Notes under the pieces: generated by a model
Told to the model about the DNA's origin: nothing
Databases searched by the model: none
What the model saw: the letters and a program-made list of their open reading frames with translations, nothing else
Position numbers and translations under genes: made by a program
From: Chiloscyllium plagiosum
Lineage: Eukaryota
Direction: 5' to 3'
Length of the DNA stretch: 64,000 nucleotides
NCBI RefSeq assembly: GCF_004010195.1
Contig: NC_057750.1
Location: 16,746,450 to 16,810,449, forward strand
In this document: one piece after another, positions 38,158-51,775 of the stretch
How positions within the stretch are numbered: position 1 is the first letter of the stretch
How the letters are laid out: every line of letters starts with the position of its first letter

Positions 38158-40047
38158 CAAATTACAGAAAAGGAGGTGCTGGATGTCTTAAAATGCATAA
38201 AGGTGATAAATCCCCAAAACCTGAACTGAGAAGGAACTTCTTCACCCAGAGGGTTGTGAATCTATGGAATTTCCTGCCCAGTGAAGTAGTTGACGCTACT
38301 TCAGTAAATAGTTTTAAAGTTAAGGTAGTTTAGTATTTGAACAATGAAGGAATTAATGGTTAGAGTGAGAGGGCGGGTAAGCAGAGCTGAGGCCACTAAA
38401 AGATCCGCCATGATCTTATTGAATGGCGGAGCAGGCTCGATGGGCCAAATGGCCTACTCTTGCTCCCAGTTTTTATGTTCTTATGATCTGATCAGATGTA
38501 CCCTAAAACTCTGTGGGAAGCGAGGGAAGTGATTGCTGGGCTTCTTGCTGAGATATGTGGAATTGATAGTCACAGGTGAGGTGCCAGAAGATTGGAGGTT
38601 GGCTAACGTGGTTCCATTATTTGAGAAAGGTGGTAAGGAAAAGCCAGGGAACTATAGACCAGTGAGCCTGATGGTGGTGGTGAGCAAGCTGTTGGAGGGA
38701 ATCCTGAGGAACAGAATTTACATGTATTTGAAAAGGCCAGGACTTATTAGGGATAGTCAACATGGCTTTGTGCATGGGAAATCATGTCTCACTAACATGA
38801 TTGACCTTTTTTGAAGAAGTAATGGAGAGGATTGATAGGGGCAGAGCGGTAGATGTGATCTATATGGACTTCAGTAAGACATTCACCAAGGTTCCCCATG
38901 GGAGATTGGTTAATAAGATTAGATCTGATGGAATAAGGAGAAGGAGCCATTTGGAACAGATCTGGCTTGAAGGTAGAAGCCAGAGGGTGGTGGTGGAGGG
39001 TTGCCTTTCAGACTGGAGGCCTGTGACCAGCGGAGTTCCACAAGGATTGGTGCTGGGTCCACTGTCTTTCATCAGTTATATAAATAATCTGGATGTGAAC
39101 ATAGGAGGTATAGTTAGTAAGTTTGCAGATGACACCAAAATTGGAGGTGTAGTGGACCATGGAGAAGGTTACCTCAGAGTACAATGGGATCTTGATCAGA
39201 TGGGCCAATGGGCTGAAGAGTGGCAGATGGAGTTTAATTTAGATAAATGTGAGGTGCTGCATTTTGGAAAGGCAAATCAGGGCAGCACTTATACTCTTAA
39301 TGGTAAGGTCCTAGAGAGTGTTGCTGAACAAAGAGACCTTGGAGTGCAGATTCTTAGTTCCTTGAAAGTAGAGTCACAGGTAGATAGGATAGTGAAGAAG
39401 GCATTTGGTATACTTTCCTTTATTGGTCAGAACATTGAGTATAGGAGTTGGGAGGTCATGTTGTGGCTGTACAGGACATTGGTTCGGCCACTTTTGGAAT
39501 ATTGTGTACAATTCTGGTCTCCCTCCTCTTGAACGGATGTTGTGAAACTTAAAAGGATTCAGAAAAGATTTACAAGAATGTTGCCAGGGTTGGAGGGTTT
39601 GAGCTATAGGGAGAGGCTGAATAGGCTAGGGTTGTTTTACCCGTAGTGTTGGAGGCTGAGGGGTGACCTTATCGAGGTTTATAAAATCAGGAGGGGCATG
39701 GATAGGATAAATAGACAAAGTCTTTTCCCTGGAGTGGGGGAATCCAGAACTTGAGGGCATAGGTTTAGGGTGAGAGGGAAAAAATTTAAAAGGGACCTAA
39801 GGGTCAAGTTTTTCATGCAGAGGGTGGTACGTGTATGGAATGAGCTGCCAGAGGAAGCGGTGGAGGCTGGTACAATGACAACATTTAAAAGGCATCTGGA
39901 TGGGTATATGAAGAGGGAGGGTTTAGAAGGATATGGGCCAAATGATAGCTAATGGGATTAGATTGGGTTGGGACATCTCGTCGGCATGGAAGGGTTGCAC
40001 TGAAGGGTCTGTTTCTGTGCTGTACATATCTATGACTCTATGACTCT
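38158..40047 (+). mobile_element. 5'-truncated CR1 (HER1-like) LINE with another LINE 3' end inserted at ~38226-38484
   Basis: 243-aa RT piece at 38801-39532; ctatgactctatgactcta tail. Confidence 0.93.
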
Positions 40048-40049
40048 AA

Positions 40050-41150
40050 GTAACAGTAGAACATTTGGAAAATCATAATTTAACCAAGCCGAGTCAGCAT
40101 GGCTTCATGAAGGGAAATCACGTCTGGCTAATTTATTAGAATGTCTCAAACAGAGTGAATAGAGGGAAATGTGTTGTATTTGAACTTCCAGAAAGTATTC
40201 AACAATGTACCTCACAAAAGTTTAAGTCAAAAGAGGTGTTGGAGGTAGTATATTGGCATAGATGGAAAATTGATTGAAGGTTAGGAAACAGCAAGTGGGG
40301 CTAAGAGAAGCTGGCAAGGAGGTATCTTAAAGATATATTGAACAAACCTAGATTGCTGTTAAGCCTTTCATCTTGTGGAATGGGTTGCAGGTTTTGGTTC
40401 ATTAATATGTAAATCCCAGAACTTCTTTTACGTGATATTCCTCGAGATAACTTAAGGTTTTATAAAGTTGGCAATCGGTGAGTTTACAGCGACTCGAAGG
40501 AAGAAAGCAGATGCTTTGGAGCCAAATTTGTGAGTGACACAAAAACAGATGGATAGGCAGTTTGCAAGAGGGGCACAGTTGGCAGAGAGATAGTGACAGT
40601 TTAAGTTAGTGGGCAAGAAGTTGGCATGCGAAGTACAATGTGAGAGAATGTGAAGTTGTTCAGTTTGGAAGCGAAAATAGAAAAACGGAATATTATTTAA
40701 ATGGAGAAAAACTGCAGAAAGCTGCAGCAAAAAGGGACTCAGAAAGCTAGCACACTGGTGTAGCAGGAGATCGGGAAGACTTTTAACGGAATCTTGGTTC
40801 TTATTTCAAGGGGTTGAAGTGTAAAAACAGGGAAATCTTTTTGCAGCTATACAGATGTTGATCAGACTCCATGTGGACTACTGTGAGCAATATTGGTCCC
40901 ATTATGTAAGGAAAGGTAGCATTTCACTGGAGACAGTTCAGAGAAGGTTCACTAGGATGATCCCTACTATGGACAGATTGTCGAATGAGCAAAGGCTAAA
41001 CAGGTTGGGACTCTACTCACTGGAGATTAGAAGGATGAGAGATGATCTCATTGAAATACATTGGATTCTTAAGGGGCTTGACAGGGTCAATGCTGAGAGG
41101 ATGTTTCCCCTTATGGGAGTCTCAGGTCAGAGGGCACAGTCTCAGAGTAA
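40050..41150 (+). mobile_element. Old CR1/L2-like RT fragment containing a minus-strand Penelope 3' UTR piece (~40325-40465)
   Basis: SQHGFMKG and YCEQYW...RRFTRMIP relics; 40325-40465 matches 32640-32772. Confidence 0.75.
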
Positions 41151-41650
41151 NNNNNNNNNNNNNNNNNNNNNNNNNNNNNNNNNNNNNNNNNNNNNNNNNN
41201 NNNNNNNNNNNNNNNNNNNNNNNNNNNNNNNNNNNNNNNNNNNNNNNNNNNNNNNNNNNNNNNNNNNNNNNNNNNNNNNNNNNNNNNNNNNNNNNNNNNN
41301 NNNNNNNNNNNNNNNNNNNNNNNNNNNNNNNNNNNNNNNNNNNNNNNNNNNNNNNNNNNNNNNNNNNNNNNNNNNNNNNNNNNNNNNNNNNNNNNNNNNN
41401 NNNNNNNNNNNNNNNNNNNNNNNNNNNNNNNNNNNNNNNNNNNNNNNNNNNNNNNNNNNNNNNNNNNNNNNNNNNNNNNNNNNNNNNNNNNNNNNNNNNN
41501 NNNNNNNNNNNNNNNNNNNNNNNNNNNNNNNNNNNNNNNNNNNNNNNNNNNNNNNNNNNNNNNNNNNNNNNNNNNNNNNNNNNNNNNNNNNNNNNNNNNN
41601 NNNNNNNNNNNNNNNNNNNNNNNNNNNNNNNNNNNNNNNNNNNNNNNNNN

Positions 41651-44600
41651 GTGTTCTCATGTTCTATGCAGCTCTGTGTTCTCGTGCTCTATGCAGCACT
41701 GTGTTCTCATGCTCTGTGCAGCAGTGTCTTTTCATCCTCTATGCAGTGTTGTGTTTTCATGCTCTAAGCAGCATTATGTTCTCATGCTCTATGCAGCATT
41801 GTGTTCTCATGCTCTATGCAGCACTGCGTTCTCAAGCTCTATGCAGCATTTTGTCCTCATTCTCCATGCAGTGTTGTGTTCTTATTGCTCTGTGCAGCGC
41901 TTTCTTCTCATGCTTTTGCAGCATTGACTTCTCATGCTCTATGCAGCGTTATGTCCTCATGCTTTGTGTAGCACTGTGTCCTCATGCTCTGTGCAGCGTA
42001 ATGTTATCATGCTCTATGCAACACTGTGTTCTCATGTTTTATGCAGCACTGTGTTCTCTTTGCTCTATGCTGTGCTGTCATTTCATGCTCTCTGCAGTGC
42101 TGTCTTCTCTTGCTCTGTGTAGTGTTGTGTTCTCATTGCTCTGTGCAACGCTGCCTCCCCATGCTCTATGCAGCGTTGTGTTTTCATGGTCTACGTACTG
42201 ATGTGTTCTCATGCTCTATGCAGCGTGGTCATCTTATGCTCTATGCAGCGAGGTCATCTCATGCTCTCTGCATGCATTGTGTCTCATGCTCTATGTAGTA
42301 TTATGTCCTCATGCTCTATGTGGTGTTGTGTTCTCATTGCTGTGTGCAGCACTGTCTTCTCATGCCCTATGCAGCATTATCTTCTCATGCTCTGTGCAGC
42401 GTTGCATTCTCATGCACTATGCAGCACTGTTTTCTCATGTTCTATGTAGCATTGGGTTCTCATGCTTTATGTAGCACTGTGTTGTCATGCTCTATCCAGC
42501 ATTATGTCCTCATTCTCCATGTGGTGTTGTGTTCTCATTGCTCTTTGCAGTGCTGTCTTCTCATGCTCTATGCAACGTTATCTTCCAATGCTCTATGCAG
42601 CATTGTCTTCTCATGCTCTTTACAGCGTTGTGTTCTCATGCTCTATGCAGCACTCTGTTCTCATGCTCTATGCAGTGTTGTGTTCTCATGCTCTATGCAA
42701 TGTTGTGTTCTCATGCTCTATGCAGCATTGTATTCTCATGCAATATGCAGTGTTGTGTTCTCATACTCTCTGCAGCACTGTGTTCTCATGCTCTATGCAT
42801 TGTTATGTCCTCATGCTCTATAGCAGCGTTGCGTTCTCATGCTCTATGCAGCATTGTCTTCTCATGCAATATGCAGCATTGTGTTCTCATGCTCTATGCA
42901 GTGCTGTCTTCTCATGCTCTATGCAGCGTTGTGTTCTCATGCTCTGTAAAGCACTGTGTTCTCATGCTCCCTGCAGTGTTATGTATCATGCTCCATTTAG
43001 TGTTATGGCCGCATGCTCTATGCAGCACTGTCTTCTCATGCTCTATGCAGTGCTGTCTTCACATGCTCTATGCAGTGTTGTGTTCTCATGCTCTAAGCAG
43101 CATTATGTTCTCATGCTCTATGCAGCGTTATGTCCTCATGATCTATGCACCATTGTGTTCTCATGCTCTATGTAGCGTTGTGTTCTCGTGCTCTATGCAG
43201 CACTGTGTTCTCATGCACTATGCAGCGGTGTCTTCTCATTGCTCTATGCAATGTTGTCTTCTTATGCTGTTTGCATGCTCATGCTCTATGCAGCTTTGTG
43301 TACTCATGCACTATGTAGTATTGTTCTCATGCTCTATGCAGCATTGTATTCTCATGCAATATGCAGTGTTGTGTTCTCATACTCTCTGCAGCACTGTGTT
43401 CTCATGCTCTATGCATTGTTATGTCCTCATGCTCTATAGCAGCGTTGCGTTCTCATGCTCTATGCAGCATTGTATTCTCATGCAATATGCAGTGTTGTGT
43501 TCTCATACTCTCTGCAGCACTGTGTTCTCATGCTCTATGCATTGTTATGTCCTCATGCTCTATAGCAGTGTTGCGTTCTCATGCTCTGTGCAGCATTGTC
43601 TTCTCATGCAATATGCAGCNNNNNNNNNNNNNNNNNNNNNNNNNNNNNNNNNNNNNNNNNNNNNNNNNNNNNNNNNNNNNNNNNNNNNNNNNNNNNNNNN
43701 NNNNNNNNNNNNNNNNNNNNNNNNNNNNNNNNNNNNNNNNNNNNNNNNNNNNNNNNNNNNNNNNNNNNNNNNNNNNNNNNNNNNNNNNNNNNNNNNNNNN
43801 NNNNNNNNNNNNNNNNNNNNNNNNNNNNNNNNNNNNNNNNNNNNNNNNNNNNNNNNNNNNNNNNNNNNNNNNNNNNNNNNNNNNNNNNNNNNNNNNNNNN
43901 NNNNNNNNNNNNNNNNNNNNNNNTGTTATCTCATGCTCTCTGCAGCGTTGTGTTATAATGCTCTATGTAGCATTGTCTTCTCATGCTCCATGCAGCATTG
44001 TTATCTCATGCTCTCTGCAGCGTTGTGTTATAATGCTCTATGCAGCGTTGTGGTCTCATGCTCTATGCAGAGGTGTCTTCTCATGCTCTCTGCAGCATTG
44101 TGTTCTCATGCTCTATGCAGCGGTGTCTTCTCATGCTCTATACAGCGTTTTGTCCTCATTCTCCCTGCAGTGTTGTGTTCTTATTGCTCTATGCAGCGCT
44201 TTCTTCTCATGTTTTTGCAGCATTGTCTTCTCATGCTCTGTGCAGCGTAATGTTATCATGCTCTGTGCAGCACTGTGTTCTCATGTTTTATGCAGCACTG
44301 TGTTCTCTTTGCTCTATGCTGTGCTGTCATTTCATGCTCTATGCAACGCTGTCTCCCCATGCTCTATGCAGCACTGTGTTTTCATGGTCTACGTACTGTT
44401 GTGTTCTCATGCTCTATGCAGCGTGGTCATCTCATGCTCTATGCATGCATTGTGTCTCAGGCTCTATGTAGTATTATGTCCTCATGCTTTATGTGGTGTT
44501 TTGTTCTCATTGCTCTGTGCAGCACTGTTTTCTCATGCCCTATGCAGCATTATCTTCTCATGCTCTGTGCAGCGTTGCATTCTCATGCACTATGCAGCAC

Positions 44601-47600
44601 TGTGTTCTCATGTTCTATGTAGCATTGGGTTCTCATGCTTTATGCAGCACTGTGTTGTCATGCTCTATCCAGTATTATGTCCTCATTCTCCATGTGGCGT
44701 TGTGTTCTCATTGCTCTTTGCAGCGCTATCTTCTCATGCTCTATGCAGCGTTGTCTTCTCATGCTCTTTACAGCGTTGTGTTCTCATGCTCTATGCAGCA
44801 CTCTGTTCTCATGCTCTATGCAGCACTGTGTTCTCATGCACTATGCAGCGGTGTCTTCTCATTGCTCTATGCAATGTTGTCTTCTTATGCTGTTTGCATG
44901 CTCATGCTCTATGCAGCTTTGTGTACTCATGGACTATGTAGTATTGTTCTCATGCTCTCTGCAGCATTGTCTTCTAATGCTCTATGCAGTGTTGTGTTCT
45001 CATGCTCTATACAGCACTGTGTTCTCTTGCTCTATGCAGCATTGTCTTCGAATGCTCTATGCAGCATTGTGTTCTCATGCTCTATGCAGCATTGTGTTCT
45101 CATGCTCTATGCAGCGTGGTCATCTCATGCTCCATGTTTGCATTGTTTCTCATGCTCTATGTAGCATTATGTCCTCATGCTCTATGTTGTGTTGTATTCT
45201 CATTGCTCTGTGCAGCGTTGTGTTCTCATGCCCTATGCAGCATTATCTTCTTATGCTCTGTGCAGCACTGTGTTCTCATGCTCTATGCAGCATTGTGTTC
45301 TCATGCTCTATGCAGCGTTGTGTTCTCATGCTCTATGCAGCACTGCGTTCTCATGCTCTATGCAACCTTTTGTCCTCATTCTCCATGCAGTGTTGTGTTC
45401 TCATTGCTCTGTGCAGAGCTATCTTCTCATGCACATTGCAGCATTGCCTTCTCATGCTCTATGCAGCGTTATGTCCTCATGCTCTGTGCAGCACTGTGTT
45501 CTCATGTTTTATGCAGCACTGTGTTCTCTTTGCTCTATGCAGTACTATCTATTCATGTTCTATGCAGCGTTGTTTTCTCATGCACTATGCAGCGATGTCC
45601 TCTCATGCTCTATGCAGCGTGGTCATCTCATGCTCTATGCAGCGAGGTCATCTCATGCTCTATGCATGCATTGTTTCTCATGCTCTATGTAGCATTATGT
45701 CCTCATGCTCTCTGTGGTGTTGTATTGTCATTGCACTGTGCAGCACTGTCTTCTCATGCCCTATTCAGCATTATCTTCTCATGCTCTGTGCAGCATTGTG
45801 TTCTCATGCACTATGCAGCACTGTGTTCTCATGCTCTATGTAGCATTGGGTTCTCATGCTTTATGCAGCACAGTGTTCTCATGCTCTATCCAGCATTATG
45901 TCCTCATTCTCCATGTGGCGTTGTGTTCTCATTGCTCTTTGCAGTACTGTCTTGTCATGCTCTATGCAGTGTTGTCTTCTAATGCTCTATGCAGCATTGT
46001 CTTCTCATGCTCTTTGCAGCGTTGTGTCCTCATGCTCTATGCAGTGTTGTGTTCTCATGCTCTATGCAGCATTGTGTCCTCATGCTCTATGCAGCATTGT
46101 GTCCTCATGCTCTATGCAGCTTTCTGTTCTAATGCTCTTTGCAGCATTATGTTCTCATGCTCTATGCAGCCTTATGTTCTCATGCCCTAAGCAGCGTTGT
46201 GTTCTCATGCTCTCTGCAGTGTTATGTCCTCATGCACAATGCAGTGTTGTGTACCCATTGCTCTATGCAGTGCTGTCTTCTCTTGCTCTGCGAAGCAATG
46301 TGTTCTCATGCTCTATTCAGCATTGTGTTCTCATGCTCTATGCAGCATTGTGTTCTCATTGCTCTATGCAGTGCTGTCTTCTCTTGCTCTATGCAGCATT
46401 GTCTTCTAATGCTCTGTTCAGTGTTGTGTTCTCATGCTCTATGCAGCATTGTATTCTCATGCTCTATCCAGCATTATGTCCTCATTCTCCATGTGGCGTT
46501 GTGTTCTCATTGCTCTTTGCAGTACTGTCTTCTCATGCTCTATGCAGCATTGTCTTCTCATGCTCTTTGCAGCGTTGTGTTCTCATGCTCTATGCAGTGT
46601 TATGTCCTCATGCTCTATGCAGTGTTGTGTACTCATGCTCTGTGCAGCACTGTGTTCTCATGCTTTGTGCAGCATTGTGTTCTCATGCTCTATGCAACAT
46701 TGTATTCTCATGCTCTGTGCAGCACTGTGTTCTCATGCTCTATGCAGCGTTGTGTTCTCATGCTCTATGCAGCATTGTGTTCTCATTGCTCTATGCACCA
46801 TTGTGTTCTCGTGGTCTATGCAGCGTTATGACCTCATGCTCAATGCAGTGTTGTGTACCCATTGCTCTATGCAGTGCAGTCTTCTCTCGCTCTGTGAAGC
46901 AATGTGTTCTCATGCTCTATGCAGCCTTGTCTTCTAATGCTCTGTGCTGTGTTGTGTTCTGATACTCTATGCAGCGTTATGTTCTCAAGCTCTATGCAGT
47001 GTTATGTCCTCATGCTCTATGCGGCGTTGTGTTCTCATTGCTCTATGCCACGCTGTATTCTCATGCTCTATGCAGCGTTGTGTTCTCGTTTCTCTATGCT
47101 GTGATTTGTTCTCATGCTCTATGCAGCGTTGTCTTCTCATGCTCTAAACAGCCTTGTGTTCTCATGCTCAACGCAGCCTTGTGTTGTCATGCTCCATGCA
47201 ATCTTATGTTCTCATGCTCTATGTAGCATTGTGTTCTCATGCCCTGAGCAGCATTATGTTATCACGCTCTTTGCAGCATGATGTTCTCATGCTCTATGCA
47301 GCGTTGTGTGCTCATTCTCTATGCAGTGTTGTGTTCTCATTGCTCTGTGCAGCGCTGTCTTCTCATGCTCTGTGCAACATTGTGTTCTCATGTTCTATGC
47401 AGCATTATGTCCTCATGCTCTATGCGGTGTTGTGTTCTCATTGCTCTATGCGGCGTTGTCTTCTCATGCTCTTTGCAGGGTTGTGTCCTCATGCTCTCTG
47501 CAGCACTGTGTTCTCATGCTCTCTGCAGTGTTGCCTTCTCGTGCTCTATGCAGCACTATGTTCTCCTGCTCCATGCAGCGTTATGTCCTTATTCTCTATG

Positions 47601-48563
47601 CAGTATTGTGTTCTCACGCTCTATACAGCGTTACATCCTCATTCTCTATGCAGTGTTGTGTTCTCATTGCTCTGTGCAGCGCGGTCTTCTCATGCTCTAT
47701 GCAGCGTTGTCTTCTCATGCACTGTGCATCATGTGTTTTCATGCTCTAAGCAATGTTGTGTTCCCATGCTCTATTCAGCGTGTTGTCTTCTCATGCTCTA
47801 TGCATGCGTTGTGTTCTCATGCTATGTACAACACTCTGTTCTCATGCTCTATGCACCGTTACGTCCTCATGTTCTATGCAGCATTGTCTTCTCATGCTCT
47901 ATGCAGCACTGTGTTCTCATGCTCTATGCAGCATTATGTCATCTTGCTCTATGCAGCGTTGTGTTCTCATTGCTCTATGCAGTGCTGTCTTCTCTTGCTC
48001 TATGCAGCGTTGTCTTCTAATGCTCTGTGCAGTGTTTTGTTCTCATGCTCTATGCAGCGTTGTTATCTCATGCTCTCTGCAGCGTTGTGTTATAATGCTC
48101 TATGTAGCATTGTTATCTCATGCTCTCTGCAGCGTTGTGTTATAATGCTCTATGCAGCATTTTGTTCTCATGCTCTATGCAGCGTTGTGGTCTCATGCTC
48201 TCTGCAGCGTTGTGTTCTCATGCTCTATGCAGCGGTGTCTTCTCATGCTCTATGCAGCGTTGTGTTCTAATGCTCTATGCAGCGGTGTCTTCTCATGCTC
48301 TATGCAGCGGTATCTTCTCATGCTCTATACAGCATTATGTTCTCATGCTCTATGCAGCGTTGTGTTCATAAAGCTCTATGCAGCGTTGTGTTCTAAAGCT
48401 CTATGCAGCATTATGTCCTCATGCTCTATGTGGTGTTGTGTTCTCATTGCTCTATACAATGCTGTCTTCTCATGCTCTTTGTAGCATTGTGTCCTCATGC
48501 TCTCTGCAGCACTGTCTTCTCATGCTCTATGCAGCGTTGTTATCTCATGCTCTATGCAGCGTG
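41651..48563. repeat. Satellite/minisatellite, 25-bp unit (CTCATGCTCTATGCAGCRTTGTGTT), with higher-order blocks
   Basis: Tandem units over ~6.9 kb; 25-aa translation periodicity; diagnostic variant agcattgggttctcatgcttt at ~42448, 44621 and 45842. Confidence 0.98.
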
Positions 48564-48722
48564 GTGCAGGCCAGGTGGATTGGCCATGCTAACGTGCCCA
48601 TAGTGTTCGGTGCATTAGTCAGAGGGAAATGGGTCTGGGTGGCTTGCTCTTTGGAGGCTCAATGTGGACTTATTGGGCCGAAGAGCCTGTTTCCCCGCTT
48701 TAGTGAATCTGACCTAATCTAA
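48564..48722 (+). mobile_element. HE1 SINE 3' half abutting the satellite
   Basis: gtgcagg..aggtggattggccatgctaa core through the tail. Confidence 0.85.
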
Positions 48723-49328
48723 TTTAATAAAGAAGGGATGTGAATTGTTCCTGACGGATTTCAGGCTCACGTCTTGTTACGCAAAGGTAGGTGCCACTAG
48801 ACAGTTGTGGATATCACATGGACCTTTTCAGAAGCAGTTTATTCAGGAGACGTTGAGAGGAAGTCATCTGGAAGCTTCTCAGGAAAAACGCTGTGTGATT
48901 TTTCAGTTCGCGCTTTTTCAAAGGGTTCTGAAATTTCTCGGAAAGGATGAGTTGGGTATCTTCTTACTGAACAAGCAACATCCAAAAAAAACCCAAAATT
49001 CCTGACAGCCACAAACCCAGGCATGACTTCTTTGTAAAAGATTTCAAGTAGTTCCATAATTTATAAATCTGTTTACTTAGCCGAATTATTTCTGCCAGTA
49101 AGTGCTATTTTTAAAGTTCTGAGTGACCTTCTGTTATGTTTTCTGTTAAGGAAAACAGTGCAGGCATTGTCACAGTTTTTCAAATAAACCAATTTTCATG
49201 GTGTTTTTAACACGAGTCTTCATAAAAAGTATCGACAGTCGAATCATCTTCATGAAAATAGGTAGGAAAATAAACCATGAAGACAACACAACGATCATTA
49301 CAGGTTAATTGTGTGTGCAAGTATTTAG

Positions 49329-49838
49329 AGCTGAAAATGTGTTGCTGGAAAAGCGCAGCAGGTCAGGCAGCATCCAGGGAACAGGAGAATCGACGTTTCG
49401 GGCATAANNNNNNNNNNNNNNNNNNNNNNNNNNNNNNNNNNNNNNNNNNNNNNNNNNNNNNNNNNNNNNNNNNNNNNNNNNNNNNNNNNNNNNNNNNNNN
49501 NNNNNNNNNNNNNNNNNNNNNNNNNNNNNNNNNNNNNNNNNNNNNNNNNNNNNNCGATGGAGGAGTCCAAGGACCTGCATATCCTTGGTGGAGTGGGAGG
49601 GGGAGTTGAAGTGTTGAGCCACAGGGTGGTTGGGTTGGTTGGTCTGGGTGTCCCAGAGGTGTTCTCTGAAACGCTCCGCAAGTAGGCGGCCTGTCTCCCC
49701 AATATAGAGAAGGCCACATCGGGTGCAGAGGATGCAATAGATAATGTGTGTGGAGGTGCAGGTGAATCTGTGGCGGATATGGAAGTTTCCTTTGGGGCCT
49801 TGGAGGGAGGTGAGGGGGGAGGTGTGAACTTGCCCACT
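49329..49838 (-). mobile_element. Penelope-like 3' fragment (GIY-YIG relic plus terminus) spanning a gap
   Basis: Homologous to 4390-4650 and 4980-5060; the hammerhead 3' half (ttatgcccgaaacgtcgattc, -) ends at the gap. Confidence 0.85.
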
Positions 49839-49909
49839 TTGGCAAGATGAATTACATGGCAGGATCTATTTAAATGGAGAGAGAGATTGTAGAATTTCAA
49901 GGTAGAGGA

Positions 49910-50733
49910 TGTGGTGATGCTGCTCCTTTAACAAGGTCAAGTTGCCCTTGTTTTTTTTTTCGGGAGGGTATGAAGACACAGACTCCGAAATGTCCGGAGT
50001 TGATCTACTTGTGAATGCTATCAATTTTTTTTTTAAAAAAAGCACTTGTACAACGACAGGGGAGTGGCCAGTTCTCCCAGCTCAGCTTCTCTCTGGTTTG
50101 GCAAAAGTGAGGACTGCAGATGCTGGAAATCGGAGTCAAGATTAGAGTGGTGCTGGAAAAGCACAGCAGGTCAGGGCAGCATCCGAGGAGCAGGAAAATC
50201 AACGTTTCGGGCAAAAGCCCTTCATCAGAAATGAGATGTTGAAGGGCTTTTGCCCGAAGCATTGATTTTCCTGCTCCTCGGATGTTGCCTGACTTGCTGT
50301 GCTTTTCCAGCACCACACTTCTCTCTCTGGTTTGTGGTTTGGCTTTGATTTTAGCAGCCAGTTGTGAAGCTGCTGGACCCAAAGAAGCAGGTCCATGCTG
50401 ACCCTCTCTCTCTGAAATCTCTTCTGTAAGACTCTGTGTTTTTGTGCCAAGGAGTGTTTCTGGGGATTGTTGCAAGTATTGGGAACAGCGTCATTAAGTT
50501 GGGATGATCTGCTGGGTTTTCGGATGGGTTAAGTTATTCAGCATTTTGTTCTTTGTTTGTGTTTCATTTGGTAATCTTGTAAATAAATTCTGTTATGTTT
50601 AAAACTAAGTGGTTGGGTCAGCTGCATCCCTCCTGGAATATCCACACTTACACCTGCTGAAAACAACAAGCAAAGTTAGGGTCTGGGCTACTTCCTTGAA
50701 ATGTTTTGAGGCGTCCGGTCTGGTCCATGACCA
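49910..50733 (+). mobile_element. Probable solo LTR inserted in an old LINE
   Basis: TGT start, ...CATGACCA end, AATAAA near 50582; LINE sequence continues on both sides (49840-49909, 50734-50825). TSD not clear. Confidence 0.5.
50101..50321. mobile_element. Palindromic Penelope-terminus insert with minus-strand hammerhead core
   Basis: CTGATGA-AGGGCTTTTGCCC-GAAACGTT on the minus strand at 50197-50232; TSD tctctctggtttg (50088-50100, 50322-50334). Confidence 0.88.
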
Positions 50734-50830
50734 AAGTGATTTGGGTGCCCTCGTAAATAGATCACAAAATAGATCTATTAGCATGCAGATATAGCCAGTG
50801 ATGAGGAAGCCAATGCAATATTGTTACTTA

Positions 50831-51155
50831 CGGGCAGCTCAGTGGCACTGCTGTCTCACAGTATCTGGGTCACGGGTTCGATTCCAGCCTCTCTGTGTGG
50901 AGTTTGCACATTCTCCCCGTGTTTGCGTGGGTTTTTTCCGGGTGCTCTGGTATCCTCCACAGTCCAAGGACGTGCGGGTTAGGTGGATTGGCCGTGCTAA
51001 ATCACCCATAGTGCCCAGGGACGTTCAGGCAAGGTAGATTAGCCACAAGAAGTGCAAGGTTACAGGGATAGGATAAGGTGGATGGGTCTGGGTGGGATAC
51101 TCTTCAGAGGGTCGGTCTGGACTTGAATGGCCTGCTTCCACACAGTAGTGATTCT
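50831..51155 (+). mobile_element. HE1 SINE
   Basis: B box GGTTCGATTCC, core and tail. Confidence 0.9.
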
Positions 51156-51159
51156 GCAG

Positions 51160-51775
51160 TAAGGGGAATGAAATATAAAAGTAAGGATCATTTGCCATTT
51201 TGTACAGGGAGTTGGTGAGGACGCAATTAGCATACTATGTTGTTTGGTTCACCTTTTTAAAGAAAAAGCCTAATTGCACCCGAGACAAGTCAGAGAAAAC
51301 CCACTAGACTGATTCCTGTAATGGGGGGATTGTCTTATGAAAAAAAAGTTTGATAATCTAAGTGTGTATCCATTGGAGTTTAGAGCAAAGAGAGGGGCTA
51401 TAATTTGGACATATAAGATCCTGAGGGGACTTGGCAGGGTGGATGCTGAGAGAATGTTTTCCTCAAGATAGACACTAGAACTTGGGAGGACACAATTTAA
51501 AAGTGAGGGGTCTCCCATTTGAGACAGAGATGAGGTGAAAACATTTCCCTCAGAGGTTCATGGGTCCGTGAAACTCCCTTCCCCAGGGGAAGCAGGACTG
51601 TGGGCTATTTGTAAGGCAGATGTAGATAAATTCTTGACCATCAGGGGAGTTGAAGTTTATTAGGGATTGGCAGAAACTGTGATGAGATCACACGTAGATT
51701 AACCACTTTCATATTGAATGGCAGAGAAGGCTTGAGGGGCCGAATGGCCTATTCTTGCCTCGAATTCACATATTT
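51160..51775 (+). mobile_element. Old CR1/L2-like LINE 3' end
   Basis: YKILRGL.RVDAERMF relic and 3' UTR ggccgaatggcctattcttg. Confidence 0.7.

Noticed and set aside
36634..39532. Intact reverse transcriptase genes
   Set aside because: 5'-truncated, frameshifted CR1 copies without a complete ORF2.
41676..48722. Long Cys-rich ORFs resembling keratin-associated or metallothionein-like proteins
   Set aside because: All three plus frames give the same 25-aa periodic peptide because the 25-bp satellite unit lacks stops; scattered frameshifts and stops show no coding constraint.
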